Positions 19,688 through 29,551 of a DNA stretch of 64,000 bases are shown here, piece after piece. Each line of letters begins with the position of its first letter. Position 1 is the stretch's first letter. Origin of the DNA: Deltaproteobacteria bacterium (GTDB taxonomy: Bacteria > UBA10199 > 2-02-FULL-44-16 > JAAZCA01); NCBI GenBank assembly GCA_018645265.1, contig JABGOS010000118.1:7855-71854 (forward strand). The letters are read 5' to 3'. The notes under the pieces are model-generated. The model saw nothing but the letters and a program-made list of their open reading frames with translations. It was not told the origin of the DNA and ran no database searches. The position numbers were made by a program, and so were the translations under genes.

Positions 19688-20719
19688 TCAACAAATTCTA
19701 GGCAGCTGCTCGCCGGAGAGCATGGTGATTAAACGGCGACTGCCGATAGTTGTTATTAGGTTCACCTTTCCAACGTTATCTTCGGTGACGCAGCCTATAA
19801 TTTCAGATTCTTTTCCCTGTGGATGGGATTGCATAGTTGCCAGCGCTACTTCGGCTGAATCGGCTGGCACTACAGCCACTAGTTTTCCTTCGTTTGCGAC
19901 GTAGAGAGGGTCGATGCCTAAAAGCTCGCATGCCGCTGCTGTTCCCTCTTTTAGGGGGATCTTGCTCTCATCTATTTCAATACCAAAATTGTTCTCACCG
20001 ACCGCTTCACAAAGAACTGTAGCGAGTCCACCGCGAGTTGCATCGCGCATAAATTTTATATTCGGCACTGCTGCAGAGAGATGCTCTGCTAGTGAATTTA
20101 AGGGTGCGCAGTCGCTCTCGATTGAAGTATCCATGGATAATCCCTCGCGCGCACTCATTATGGCCATTCCATGGTCGGCAATTGATCCATTGATGATGAT
20201 TACATCGCCAGTTTCTATACGGGAGGAGGTCATAGCCTGCTTTACAAAAAGCTGTCCAATGCCAGATGTGTTGATAAAGATCCCATCACAGTTTCCCTTT
20301 TCAACGACCTTTGTATCTCCAGCGACTATCATTATTCCGCATGCTCTAGCTACGGTAGCCATCGATGCAACGATACTCTCCAACTGCTTAAACTCAAAAC
20401 CCTCCTCGATGATGAATCCAGCAGTCATATAGATGGCTCTTGCGCCGGACACAGCCAGGTCATTTACAGTGCCGCATACGGCGAGCTTACCGATGTCACC
20501 GCCAGGAAAGAAGATAGGTTTTACCACATATGAATCTGTCGTATATGCGAGATATGTTCTTGGTATTTCAACTATGGCAGCATCACCCATAGCGTTTAGG
20601 ATGGGGTTGCTGAAATGACTTGCGAATATTCCCTGAATCAATTCTTGGCTCTGTATTCCACCACCGCCATGTGCCATTGTGATTCGTGATTCGTTGTTGC
20701 TGAGTTGTGTTTCATTCAT
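19688..20719 (-). CDS. hypE: [NiFe]-hydrogenase maturation protein HypE
   Basis: N-terminal MAHGGGG motif and the PurM/AIR-synthase-like fold. The C-terminal Cys (PRIC) is consistent with HypE. Confidence 0.9.
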   Translation of the reverse strand: MNETQLSNNESRITMAHGGGGIQSQELIQGIFASHFSNPILNAMGDAAIVEIPRTYLAYTTDSYVVKPIFFPGGDIGKLAVCGTVNDLAVSGARAIYMTAGFIIEEGFEFKQLESIVASMATVARACGIMIVAGDTKVVEKGNCDGIFINTSGIGQLFVKQAMTSSRIETGDVIIINGSIADHGMAIMSAREGLSMDTSIESDCAPLNSLAEHLSAAVPNIKFMRDATRGGLATVLCEAVGENNFGIEIDESKIPLKEGTAAACELLGIDPLYVANEGKLVAVVPADSAEVALATMQSHPQGKESEIIGCVTEDNVGKVNLITTIGSRRLITMLSGEQLPRIC

Positions 20720-20733
20720 AAAAACCTCGGGTG

Positions 20734-21816
20734 TTAGCTTCCATATTTAAAATGAGCGGCACACGTCCCTTCGCTAGATACCATGCATGCACCTATGGGA
20801 TGTGAGGGAGTACAATTATTTCCAAATAGTGGGCAGTCTGCCGGCTTAATGTTTCCAGTAAGGATTTCTCCACAACGACATCCGGCTGGTTCCACAGTCT
20901 CTTCAATTGTGACGTTGAATTTTTTAGCTGCATCGTAGGATGAAAACTCATCCCTTATCGACAAGCCGCTTTCAGGTATGTTTCCAATACCTCTCCATTC
21001 CGCATCCGACGCTTCAAATATTCTGTTCAGCAGAGCTTTCGCTTTTATATTTCCGTTGGCGGTAACTACCCTGCGATATGAATTGTGGAGCTTGGGGTCA
21101 CCTGAGGAGATTTGAACAGCCAACTCATAAATTGCTTCGAGCATATCTGAAGGTTCAAAGCCTGCAATGGAACAAGCCACGGGATGTTTTTCAAAAATAG
21201 GGGTATAAGACTCGGATCCTATGATAGTGCTAACGTGTCCTGGAAGGATGAAGCCGTCGATCTCTGTCCGACCTGATAGCAGGGCTAGGAGGGCGGGAGG
21301 GACAACCTTGTTGGCACAAAGCACTGAATAGTTGCTGATACTCTGTCTTGATGCGATGTCGATGGATGCGGCAATAGTTGGAGCTGTTGTCTCAAAACCT
21401 ACGCCGAGGAATATAATTTCTTTATCGATATTATTTCGAGCCAACTCCAAAGCATCCAATGTTGAATATACGATACGGATATCCTGTCCACGGGCACGCT
21501 CACTCTCTAGGCTGGACGTCGACCCTGGAACCTTTATCATATCCCCAAAGGTGCATATGATAGTATTATCCTGACGGGCAAGTGCAATCGCGTGATCGAG
21601 GTAGCGATTCGGTGTTACGCAAACGGGGCAGCCAGGTCCAGATATCAGATTGATATTCTGAGGAAGGATCTGTCGAATTCCAAAACGAGCGAGCGCCATA
21701 GTATGCGTTCCGCAGACCTCCATTATCGTCATAGATTGATCTTTGGCTACCGCAACGATACGGTTTGCTATCGCGTTGGCTTTTTCCCGATCCCTGTATT
21801 CGGTGATATATTTCAT
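20734..21816 (-). CDS. hypD: [NiFe]-hydrogenase maturation protein HypD
   Basis: CGTHT, GPGCPVCVTP and C-terminal CxxC...CxxC motifs (ETVEPAGCRCGEILTG; CPLFGNNCTPSHPIGACMVSSEGTCAA). Confidence 0.9.
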   Translation of the reverse strand: MKYITEYRDREKANAIANRIVAVAKDQSMTIMEVCGTHTMALARFGIRQILPQNINLISGPGCPVCVTPNRYLDHAIALARQDNTIICTFGDMIKVPGSTSSLESERARGQDIRIVYSTLDALELARNNIDKEIIFLGVGFETTAPTIAASIDIASRQSISNYSVLCANKVVPPALLALLSGRTEIDGFILPGHVSTIIGSESYTPIFEKHPVACSIAGFEPSDMLEAIYELAVQISSGDPKLHNSYRRVVTANGNIKAKALLNRIFEASDAEWRGIGNIPESGLSIRDEFSSYDAAKKFNVTIEETVEPAGCRCGEILTGNIKPADCPLFGNNCTPSHPIGACMVSSEGTCAAHFKYGS

Positions 21817-21827
21817 ATTGATTTGAA

Positions 21828-22070
21828 TTATGATTGATCTGAATTGTCGTTTCTTGCGATTTCAGCCATCTTGTTGAGAAGCTTAACCGTCTCCTCCGCT
21901 TCCTTCTCATCTATCTTCTTGATTGCGAATCCTGCGTGTACGAGGATGTAATCTCCAATATCGGCATCGTCGAGGAAGGCGATGTTCACATCCCTCTTCG
22001 TTCCTCCGACGTTGACGGTCGCGGATTCGTTTTCAATTTTTTCAATTTGCATCGGTACAGCCAAACACAT
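21828..22070 (-). CDS. hypC: [NiFe]-hydrogenase maturation chaperone HypC
   Basis: Starts MCLAVP (the HypC Cys2 signature). 80 aa. Confidence 0.85.
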   Translation of the reverse strand: MCLAVPMQIEKIENESATVNVGGTKRDVNIAFLDDADIGDYILVHAGFAIKKIDEKEAEETVKLLNKMAEIARNDNSDQS

Positions 22071-22085
22071 GTGATCTCTCCTGTA

Positions 22086-22553
22086 TTACTGTAAAAAACC
22101 GAACGCCGTTCTATCATCTTCCATTTCGGAGCATTCGATATCCGAATGGGAGTTTACGAGTTTAAGAAAAAGTGGAATATCAGTGATCCCCTTGATGAAG
22201 ATTTCATGAAGCCTCTTCGTATTTTGAGGGACGAGCTTTAGAGCTGTGGTGCGCGGGCCACGCAGTAGGCGCTGAATGCCCTTTATGTCGGAGAATTTAA
22301 TGAATCTCTCAGGTCCCCATAGAAGACGCATGCCCACTCTATCGCTATAGAGTTTGAATCTGCATAGTATCGATTGCTTCGTGAGCGTTGTAGCTCCCTT
22401 TAATGTCGTCCAGGATGAATAGATAACGGGGTCAGTAGAACCCTCAGCGATGATGGCTTCTCCAAATCTCTTCATGCGCCATGTGATGACATACGGGGAG
22501 ACGAGTATTAGTCCGACTATAATCAGAACAATTGTCAGCAATTGAGTATCCAT
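22086..22553 (-). CDS. hypothetical single-pass membrane protein located between hypC and hypF
   Basis: TM helix LLTIVLIIVGLILVSPYVITW. No recognisable motifs. Start set at the internal ATG (MDTQLL) to avoid overlapping the hypF stop. Confidence 0.45.
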   Translation of the reverse strand: MDTQLLTIVLIIVGLILVSPYVITWRMKRFGEAIIAEGSTDPVIYSSWTTLKGATTLTKQSILCRFKLYSDRVGMRLLWGPERFIKFSDIKGIQRLLRGPRTTALKLVPQNTKRLHEIFIKGITDIPLFLKLVNSHSDIECSEMEDDRTAFGFLQ

Positions 22554-22563
22554 CCTCTTCCTT

Positions 22564-24867
22564 TCATTTTGTTTTATGAAGGTGTGCTGCGATGGCCGCC
22601 TGTCCAAGTGCTACGCCTCCATCGCCTGGGGGCACGAGAGAGTGCGTATAGACCGTAAACCCTTTATCTACAAGTAATTTCTTGAGTTTCGTCATCAGTA
22701 TCGCATTTTGGAAACATCCCCCCGACAGACAGACACGCCGTCTGTCGTGTATTGCATTCCCTTTATCAATTTTTGTACATATATCGAACAATGCGCCTAC
22801 AATTGTATTGTGAAAACGCATACTTATAACGCCAAGCTCTGTGCCAGCTTGAACCCCCTCGCTGATGGCTGCAATCATCGGCGAGAAATTAATTCTCAGT
22901 GCTCCGTTGCAGGTTTCGTCGATTGTAAATGGATATACACCGTGCTCAGATTCGTCCGCAATCTGCTCAAGCTCCATCGCTGCCTGTCCCTCGAAAGAGT
23001 TTTTCATTCGAAGACCTGTCAAAGCTGCCACAGCGTCGAAAAGTCTTCCGCAGCTGGAGGTCATCGGGCAGTTGATATCCTTTTCAATCATCTGCTGAAC
23101 AAATTTAATTTTCTCATCACCGATTTTTTTGAAATGTTGAATCGTTCGCACTCTGCTGTCTGCAGTCTGAAGATATGCGAGTGCCATCCTCCAACATTCC
23201 TTCGCTGCGACATTCCCCCCGGGCATTGGTATCTGTCCGAAGTGTGCAGCACGCTCGAATGTTTCATAATCGGCCATGAGAACTTCTCCACCCCAAATTG
23301 TTCCGTCCGTTCCGAACCCCGTTCCATCGAGTGCGATGCCGATTACCTTTTCATTAGGTAAATCGTTTTCAGCCATGCAGCTGGCTATGTGAGCATGATG
23401 GTGTTGCACTTCAGTGATCGGTGATCTGTGGTTGGTCGCTATTTTATTTGCAAAACGTGTGCTGAAATAATCTGGATGCATATCGCATGTGACGATCTCG
23501 GGTTTAATGTTCAGAATGTGCATCAGGTGGTCAGCTACCATCTCCAGAGAATCATGGGAATCCAAATTCTCCATGTCACCCAAATGCTGCGATAAAAAAG
23601 CATTGTGACCCTTCGTGAAACAGATGGTGTTTTTTAGATCCGCTCCAACAGCGAAGAGTTGTGGCATTTCAAAGCTCAGTCTTATCGGTGTTGGTGTATA
23701 GCCGCGTGCCCTGCGGAGCATCAACGGCTTGCCATCCATAAGGCGGGTTATGGAATCATCGACTCGAATATGAATATTGCGATCGTGGATGAGGAATGCA
23801 TCAGCTATATCCTTCAGTTTGCGAAACGCCTGGTCATCAATGAATGCGATAGGCTCGTTGGAAATATTGCCACTGGTCATAACCAAAACGCGCCCTGCAC
23901 CAGATTTAAAGAGCAAATGATGTAATGGCGTGGAAGGTAGCATCACACCTAAGTGACTATTGCCCGGGGCAATCATCTCTGAGATTTTCGAGCCCTCTTT
24001 TCTATGCAATAGCACGATAGGGCGCTGTGGTGATATCAACAGCCTTTCTTCCTCATCAGAAATATCACAGAGGGTATTTACTGTCTGTATATTACCAACC
24101 ATGATTGCGAACGGCTTTTCATCACGATCTTTGCGTGCGCGAAGCCTTGTCACCGATTCATCATTCGTGGCATCGCAAGCGAGGTGATAGCCGCCTAACC
24201 CTTTGACCGCGATGATCTTGCCATCATCCATAGATCTCAATGCCTGTTTAACAGGGTCATCAGGGGATTGGGAGGTCGAATTGTCAGACCGGATGAACTT
24301 CACTTGTGGCCCGCACCTTTCGCACGCATTTGGCTGTGCATGAAATCTTCTATTCGATGGGTCGGTGTATTCGTGCTTGCAATCCTCACAGAGTTCAAAC
24401 TCCTTCATCGTCGTCATTGGACGGTCGTATGGTAAATGCTGAATTATGCTATAGCGCGGGCCGCAATTCGTACAGTTGATGAAAGGATATGCGTATCTCC
24501 TGTCGCCTGTATCCATCAGCTCTCTCGTGCAATCATCGCAAGGTGCGATGTCTGGAGATATTAACGTGGTTGAGCTTCCAGTATTTTCGCTTTCGATGAT
24601 TTTGAAATCCGTTTCATCGGTGGTGTTTATAACGGTTGAATCGATTCTTTGAATATGGGCGAGGGGAGGGAGCTCATTTTGAACTCTATCTAGGAAGGAG
24701 TTCAAACGCTCCTCCGGGCCTTCTGCTTCGATTGTCACTCCTTCGGAATGATTGAAGACGTGACCGCCCAGTCCAATTTCCGTAGCTAGCTTGTAGATAA
24801 ACGGACGAAAGCCCACACCCTGAACGGTGCCATCGATATCTATACGCCAGCGGCTGGAAAATCCCAT
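22564..24867 (-). CDS. hypF: carbamoyltransferase HypF
   Basis: Acylphosphatase domain (VQGVGFRPFIYKLA), twin Zn-finger repeats (CDDCTRE...CTNCGPRYSII; CEDCKHEY...CERCGPQ), YrdC-like and Kae1-like domains (HHHAH..., GGCFQN). Confidence 0.9.
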   Translation of the reverse strand: MGFSSRWRIDIDGTVQGVGFRPFIYKLATEIGLGGHVFNHSEGVTIEAEGPEERLNSFLDRVQNELPPLAHIQRIDSTVINTTDETDFKIIESENTGSSTTLISPDIAPCDDCTRELMDTGDRRYAYPFINCTNCGPRYSIIQHLPYDRPMTTMKEFELCEDCKHEYTDPSNRRFHAQPNACERCGPQVKFIRSDNSTSQSPDDPVKQALRSMDDGKIIAVKGLGGYHLACDATNDESVTRLRARKDRDEKPFAIMVGNIQTVNTLCDISDEEERLLISPQRPIVLLHRKEGSKISEMIAPGNSHLGVMLPSTPLHHLLFKSGAGRVLVMTSGNISNEPIAFIDDQAFRKLKDIADAFLIHDRNIHIRVDDSITRLMDGKPLMLRRARGYTPTPIRLSFEMPQLFAVGADLKNTICFTKGHNAFLSQHLGDMENLDSHDSLEMVADHLMHILNIKPEIVTCDMHPDYFSTRFANKIATNHRSPITEVQHHHAHIASCMAENDLPNEKVIGIALDGTGFGTDGTIWGGEVLMADYETFERAAHFGQIPMPGGNVAAKECWRMALAYLQTADSRVRTIQHFKKIGDEKIKFVQQMIEKDINCPMTSSCGRLFDAVAALTGLRMKNSFEGQAAMELEQIADESEHGVYPFTIDETCNGALRINFSPMIAAISEGVQAGTELGVISMRFHNTIVGALFDICTKIDKGNAIHDRRRVCLSGGCFQNAILMTKLKKLLVDKGFTVYTHSLVPPGDGGVALGQAAIAAHLHKTK

Positions 24868-24942
24868 AGGGCGGGACTCTAAGGGTGATGCCCCCTCACT
24901 GTCAAGGTCAATAAAAGGGGTTGAAATGATCGTTTGTAGGCA

Positions 24943-24973
24943 ATAAAAAGGCCCCCTAGCGATTGGGGGCCCT
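24943..24973 (-). terminator. rho-independent terminator after paralog-A gene
   Basis: On the minus strand: gggcccccaatcgctagggggcc followed by ttttta. Confidence 0.55.
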
Positions 24974-24995
24974 TTGAATCGCTTGGATTGGTAGC

Positions 24996-25736
24996 TTATT
25001 CGGCAGCCGGTATTTTCTTCAGTATAGCCATTACAGCTTTTTTGCTAAATGGTTCAAATGTCTTTGTTGTTGGTTTGACGGAGCGGGATCCCCAGGAGAG
25101 ACTCCTTCCATATCCATCTGATCTGCTGTAACAGCGTTCAAATCCTCTTCCATTCTCAGCATTGATTTTTACGTAACATGATTGAGAGTCTATATCCCAG
25201 CTGATATGTAATGCATCGGCTATATCAACTCCAGCTTCAGCAAATGTCCCCTTCGACACCTGCGCGCCATAGGCTACATCGATTCCGAGTCTGTCCTCTG
25301 CAAACTCAGCGAGTTCCTGTCCTGCTGGGAATTTCTCAGCGGCCAGTGTTTTTCTCAGAGTGCGAAAGCCTTTTTCACTGAATCCCCTAGGGGTTTCAAA
25401 TTGTGCGACAGTTGGTTTTGGATCGGGTTTACGGCTAAATCCGCGATTTGGATATGATGTGGTATGGATTGAAGTAGCTCCAGTGCCTTCTTCGCGGATC
25501 ACAAATTGTGTCGATGTAGCTGTCCCGAATTGTCCGAAAGCTGTTTTTTCTGGCATGACACGTTTTGTTGCTATGATGTCGCCCTTACGATTTACACTAA
25601 ATGTCCAACCATCTTCCCTGAAGTTTAAACCGTTCTCTTCGCCTATTTTGTAAAACCAACTTGGAAGCTTTACAGTTTCAGCTGCAGGTTCTGTGCCTTT
25701 CGGTACTCCTGCTACACTTCCTACTGGTAACGTCAT
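24996..25736 (-). CDS. hypothetical protein, paralog A of a two-gene family embedded in the hyp cluster
   Basis: 246 aa. It shares EDGWTFSVNRKGDIIATKRVMPEK, YPNRGFSRK and C..K.......C blocks with the adjacent 192-aa ORF. Confidence 0.5.
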   Translation of the reverse strand: MTLPVGSVAGVPKGTEPAAETVKLPSWFYKIGEENGLNFREDGWTFSVNRKGDIIATKRVMPEKTAFGQFGTATSTQFVIREEGTGATSIHTTSYPNRGFSRKPDPKPTVAQFETPRGFSEKGFRTLRKTLAAEKFPAGQELAEFAEDRLGIDVAYGAQVSKGTFAEAGVDIADALHISWDIDSQSCYVKINAENGRGFERCYSRSDGYGRSLSWGSRSVKPTTKTFEPFSKKAVMAILKKIPAAE

Positions 25737-25906
25737 AAATGCCTCCTTTTGAGTTCAATTTGAATTCCAGAGCTTATAGTAAAAACTTGTGTTCATATCA
25801 ATCTCCCAACAAGTTTTCCGTATACTGGAGTATACAGGGAAGTCCTATACGCAGTGCTTCTATGCAATGCGTTATATATAACAAACGATATGATATTTAA
25901 TGATTA

Positions 25907-26485
25907 TTATTTTTCGGTTGGCTTGGAGATTATTGCTTTTACCTTCGCAACTGCTCTTGGATCGAAACTCATGATATACCTAACTACAGGAACGACATCT
26001 TTTGTTACGGGAGATCGGAGGCATGATCTCGTAGCCGTGCCGTCCGGTTTGATTTTTATAAAACAATCCTCTTTGGAATAGGGGATGATTGGCGAATCTA
26101 TTATGAGATCGTCATTATCCAGCTGAAAGGTGGAACAATAAGGCACCCTCGAACCGAAGCCAGCATCCTGAGCTTTCTCAACAAGATCCTGGGTTGTTTC
26201 GTCACAAGCACACGGAAGTTCTCTTCTGATTCCGCGAACTTCATCTTTTGTCGCTTCGCATTCTCTACTGTATGATCTGCCCCGATGAGGGAAGACCATT
26301 ACTGGTCCTCTTTCCGAAATACTCAATGTAACTGGAACCTTTTTATCGTCGGCAGGCATCATTTTCAAACCTACGATATCACCATCATGATCGACTTTAA
26401 AGTTCCAGCCCATGTTTTCCAGGTGAAGCTGACATCTATTTCCCAATGCTATTAAAGCTGTTGGAAGAACTTGTTCGGTAGACAT
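25907..26485 (-). CDS. hypothetical Cys-rich protein, paralog B (NMGWNFKVDHDGDIVGLKMMPADD N-domain)
   Basis: 192 aa with 7 Cys, including a CAC pair. Homologous blocks to paralog A over the full length. Confidence 0.5.
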   Translation of the reverse strand: MSTEQVLPTALIALGNRCQLHLENMGWNFKVDHDGDIVGLKMMPADDKKVPVTLSISERGPVMVFPHRGRSYSRECEATKDEVRGIRRELPCACDETTQDLVEKAQDAGFGSRVPYCSTFQLDNDDLIIDSPIIPYSKEDCFIKIKPDGTATRSCLRSPVTKDVVPVVRYIMSFDPRAVAKVKAIISKPTEK

Positions 26486-26621
26486 AAATGCTCCTAGATA
26501 TAATTCTGAAATATTTACTCACTTATCGCGGTTTTGGTGAAAATGTTTCGCCTTTTTTGGGTAATTATGGATGGTGTCGAACAGAGCCTATTTAAACAAT
26601 AATAGCTGTATAAACGGTATG

Positions 26622-27011
26622 TTAGGCCTCAATAGATACGAGTTTCATTTCATTGCCGCTTATGAGTTTGATGCTTTCACACTTGCATGTGGGGCATGCT
26701 GGGGGAAGGTAGAGGGCTGGGGCATGGGCTACCTTATGAGCGAAATCGTGATCAGCGAAGCGGTCATCGGTAAAGTTGTGATTGCACTTGGTACACTCAA
26801 GTTTCACCGGAACCTCTTCAATTACAAACTGCATTTCTGCCATCAGTGGGTTTTTTGCATAGTCCTTGAGACATAGATCCAGGTTTTCTCTCTGAAAGGC
26901 ATTCATCACGCCTATCTTGAGTTTTGCGGTCCGAACCTTCTCCATATTTCGGTTCTTCGCTTCCTTCTCTATTATCTTACAGATCGTTTCCGATATAGCC
27001 AGTTCATGCAT
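26622..27011 (-). CDS. hypA: hydrogenase nickel-incorporation protein HypA
   Basis: Internal start MHELAISETI (HypA begins MHE[LM]S[IL]) with AGGAGGGATGAT SD. C-terminal Zn site CTKCNHNF...CPTCKC. The ORF-track N-terminal extension is rejected. Confidence 0.8.
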   Translation of the reverse strand: MHELAISETICKIIEKEAKNRNMEKVRTAKLKIGVMNAFQRENLDLCLKDYAKNPLMAEMQFVIEEVPVKLECTKCNHNFTDDRFADHDFAHKVAHAPALYLPPACPTCKCESIKLISGNEMKLVSIEA

Positions 27012-27107
27012 ATCATCCCTCCTGATCGAGGTGCTATACATCCCTAGCATTGGTTGTGCAATAGTGTATCGAAAATGATTGAAAAGAAAGGCACCCTGTG
27101 GTGTCCT

Positions 27108-27132
27108 CAAAAAGGTGTCGGACACTTTTTGG
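27108..27132. repeat. single copy of the palindromic element (CAAAAAGGTGTCGGACACTTTTTGG) in the hypA/apbE divergent intergenic region
   Basis: Lies 10 nt upstream of the apbE SD GGGGGGAGA. Confidence 0.8.
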
Positions 27133-27142
27133 GGGGAGATGT

Positions 27143-28177
27143 ATGAAACACAAAAAAATCATTGTAATTGGGGTGTTGGCGGTTCTGTGCATAGCGCTGA
27201 TTTGGGCCTTCTTTCCCCGGAGATATGATGGCAGCTTCTATCCGATGGGTGGTATTCCATTTAAAGTCGTCGCCTACGGAAAAAATTTCATTCAGTTCGA
27301 TAGAATTATGGAAGCGGTTGAAAATGATGTGGCCAAGCTTGAGAAGATCTTCAGCAGATATGATAGAACGAGCGAGCTTTCAAAGCTGAACGAAATTGCT
27401 GAAAGGAAGCCAGTTCAGGTAAGCAAAGGGATGCATCGAATGATTGCTCTTTCCAAGAAGTGGTATCGAATGAGTGGTGGCGCGTTTGATCCGAGCGTAG
27501 CTCCACTTGTGAACCTATGGAAGCGGGCTGGTAAATCGAATATCCTACCTAGCGATGATGAGATTGCTGCTCTTCTCAAGAGCGTCGGTATGGATAAAGT
27601 GGATATGCTTGATGGTGACGAGGTCTTTTTCGCCGCGAAGGGAATGAAACTTGATTTTGGTGCAATTGCTAAGGGGTTTATCGTCGACAGATCTGTATCC
27701 TCCGCTTCGGAAGCTGGAAATGAATCTGGTTTGATTGAAGCTGGCGGTGATGCATATATCTTTGTCGAAGATAGTACTAAAATAGGCGTTCAGGACCCGA
27801 CCGACAGTGCGAAGCTGATGGCCACCGTCAGCGTTTCAGCCGGGGCTGTTGTTACTTCCGGGGATTATGAGAGGTATGTAGAAATTGATGGCAAAAAATA
27901 TTCCCATATTGTAGATCCGCGCACCGGTTATCCATCTGATAACGGGGTGATCAGTGTAACTGTTGTCGGTGGTGCTGCTGTCGATGCCGATGCCTTGGCA
28001 ACATCAGTGATGGTCTTGGGTGTCGATGGTGGAATTGGGTTGGTAAGGAAGCTGGCGGATATGCATCTGATAATTGTGGAAAAGAATGCGGATGATTATC
28101 TCGTGCATGTTTCGAAACAACTTTTACCTATCATTGAATGGCACTCGAATTGGTCTGATAAGGTTTCTGAGTTTTAA
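27143..28177 (+). CDS. apbE: FAD:protein FMN transferase (ApbE family)
   Basis: MSGGAFDPSVAPLVNLW, LDFGAIAKGFIVD, TSGDYERYVEIDGKKYSHIVDPRTGYP, and the Mg-site DADALATSVMVLG. N-terminal signal anchor. Confidence 0.85.
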   Translation: MKHKKIIVIGVLAVLCIALIWAFFPRRYDGSFYPMGGIPFKVVAYGKNFIQFDRIMEAVENDVAKLEKIFSRYDRTSELSKLNEIAERKPVQVSKGMHRMIALSKKWYRMSGGAFDPSVAPLVNLWKRAGKSNILPSDDEIAALLKSVGMDKVDMLDGDEVFFAAKGMKLDFGAIAKGFIVDRSVSSASEAGNESGLIEAGGDAYIFVEDSTKIGVQDPTDSAKLMATVSVSAGAVVTSGDYERYVEIDGKKYSHIVDPRTGYPSDNGVISVTVVGGAAVDADALATSVMVLGVDGGIGLVRKLADMHLIIVEKNADDYLVHVSKQLLPIIEWHSNWSDKVSEF

Positions 28178-28187
28178 TTGAAAGAAT

Positions 28188-29438
28188 ATGAAAGAGAATA
28201 GGCGCGTAAAATATATTAGGATTGCATCGTTTAGTTTTCTAGCGTTTTCGGTGATGTTTTCCTATGCGATAGCAAGGCCATCGGCGGAATCGTTATTTCT
28301 GGCGACACATTCCAGCAAAAGTCTTCCGCTGGTATGGCTTATAGTGGCAGCTGCGATGTTGTGTGTGGTTGCCATCTACAATTGGTTTGTCACAAAACAC
28401 GATCTCATTCGCCTTTTTGGATACGCCGCATTCGCCAGCAGCATAACCTTGGTGGGGTTGCTTCTTCTAAAGAGGATGGAAGTATATGGAGTGAATTACG
28501 CCATATATGTCTGGAAGGATATATATGTAGTGGTTCTGGTGGATCTCTTCTATATGTATGCCAATTCCGTATTTCCCATAAAGACAGCTCGGTGGATATA
28601 TGGTTTTTTCGGGGCGTTTGCAGCGGCGGGAAGTATCGTTGGTAATCTGTTGGTAGGTAAGCTCGCAATGGCATATGGAACCGTCGGTTCCTTTTGGTTT
28701 GCCGTTCCTGTATTGGCACTTATTGGATTTTTCTGCCTGCCACTTTCAAAAATCGTTGGAATCGGGAAACCTTTGGAAAAGAAATATAATCATGCCCACA
28801 TCCGTGAAGCGTGGAAGGTTGTGAGGAATAGCTCTTATCTTACACTTATACTCCTTTTGATCTTCGTAGTGCAGATTGCCGTTGTCCTGATAGATTTTGA
28901 GTTCAATGGGGTGGTCGAGAGTGCATTTCCAGATATGGATGTTCGCACCGGAATGATAGGTAAAATTTATGCGATTATTAACAGTGCTACGTTTGTACTG
29001 CACCTCATTACCGGACCGCTATTGAGGTTGGTAACCGTCCCAGGAGCGCTAATCTCCATTCCATTTATTCTGGCACTCAGTGTTGTTACATTTATAGCAT
29101 TTCCTGCATTCATGGTAGTAGCTGTGATGAAAGCGGCGAGTAAAGTTTTTGATTATACGATATTCAAGTCTGCGAAGGAGATTCTGTATATTCCCCTTAC
29201 CTATGAAGAGAAAACTATGGGCAAGTCGATAGTCGACATGCTTTCTTATCGTATTGCGAAGGGCGGGGCATCGCTTTTGCTAATGGGCATTCTTGGATTG
29301 GGGCTGATGAAGATCGTTCCGTGGGTGACACTTGCTCTTATACTGCTTTGGATTGTTATCACGTGGGCGATAGTTAAGAGGTTCAGAAGTAAGGTGGATA
29401 GGTCTCAGGAGATGACATCTGACTTTGTAAATAGGTGA
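28188..29438 (+). CDS. polytopic membrane transporter (MFS-like; N-terminus resembles TLC/ADP-ATP-translocase-type carriers)
   Basis: About 11-12 predicted TM helices. The N-terminal FLAFSVMFSYAIARPSAESLFL resembles the TLC-family start. The subfamily call is weak. Confidence 0.45.
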   Translation: MKENRRVKYIRIASFSFLAFSVMFSYAIARPSAESLFLATHSSKSLPLVWLIVAAAMLCVVAIYNWFVTKHDLIRLFGYAAFASSITLVGLLLLKRMEVYGVNYAIYVWKDIYVVVLVDLFYMYANSVFPIKTARWIYGFFGAFAAAGSIVGNLLVGKLAMAYGTVGSFWFAVPVLALIGFFCLPLSKIVGIGKPLEKKYNHAHIREAWKVVRNSSYLTLILLLIFVVQIAVVLIDFEFNGVVESAFPDMDVRTGMIGKIYAIINSATFVLHLITGPLLRLVTVPGALISIPFILALSVVTFIAFPAFMVVAVMKAASKVFDYTIFKSAKEILYIPLTYEEKTMGKSIVDMLSYRIAKGGASLLLMGILGLGLMKIVPWVTLALILLWIVITWAIVKRFRSKVDRSQEMTSDFVNR

Positions 29439-29551
29439 TCTTTATGTATTAGTTGTGTCTGAAGGGGAGATAATCCGAGCGATATAACTATTGGCAAGGC
29501 CCCAGTATCCTTATAGTATGCGCGAAACAAGCTCCGGGAGTGTTTCTAAGT

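Noticed and set aside
22708-23361. 217-aa antisense ORF within hypF
   Set aside because: It overlaps the HypF Zn-finger and YrdC region, which has unambiguous motifs on the opposite strand.
26622-27125. 167-aa version of the hypA ORF with a 38-aa N-terminal extension
   Set aside because: The extension has no SD and overlaps the palindromic element and the apbE leader. The internal MHELAI start has an AGGAGG SD and matches the HypA N-terminus.
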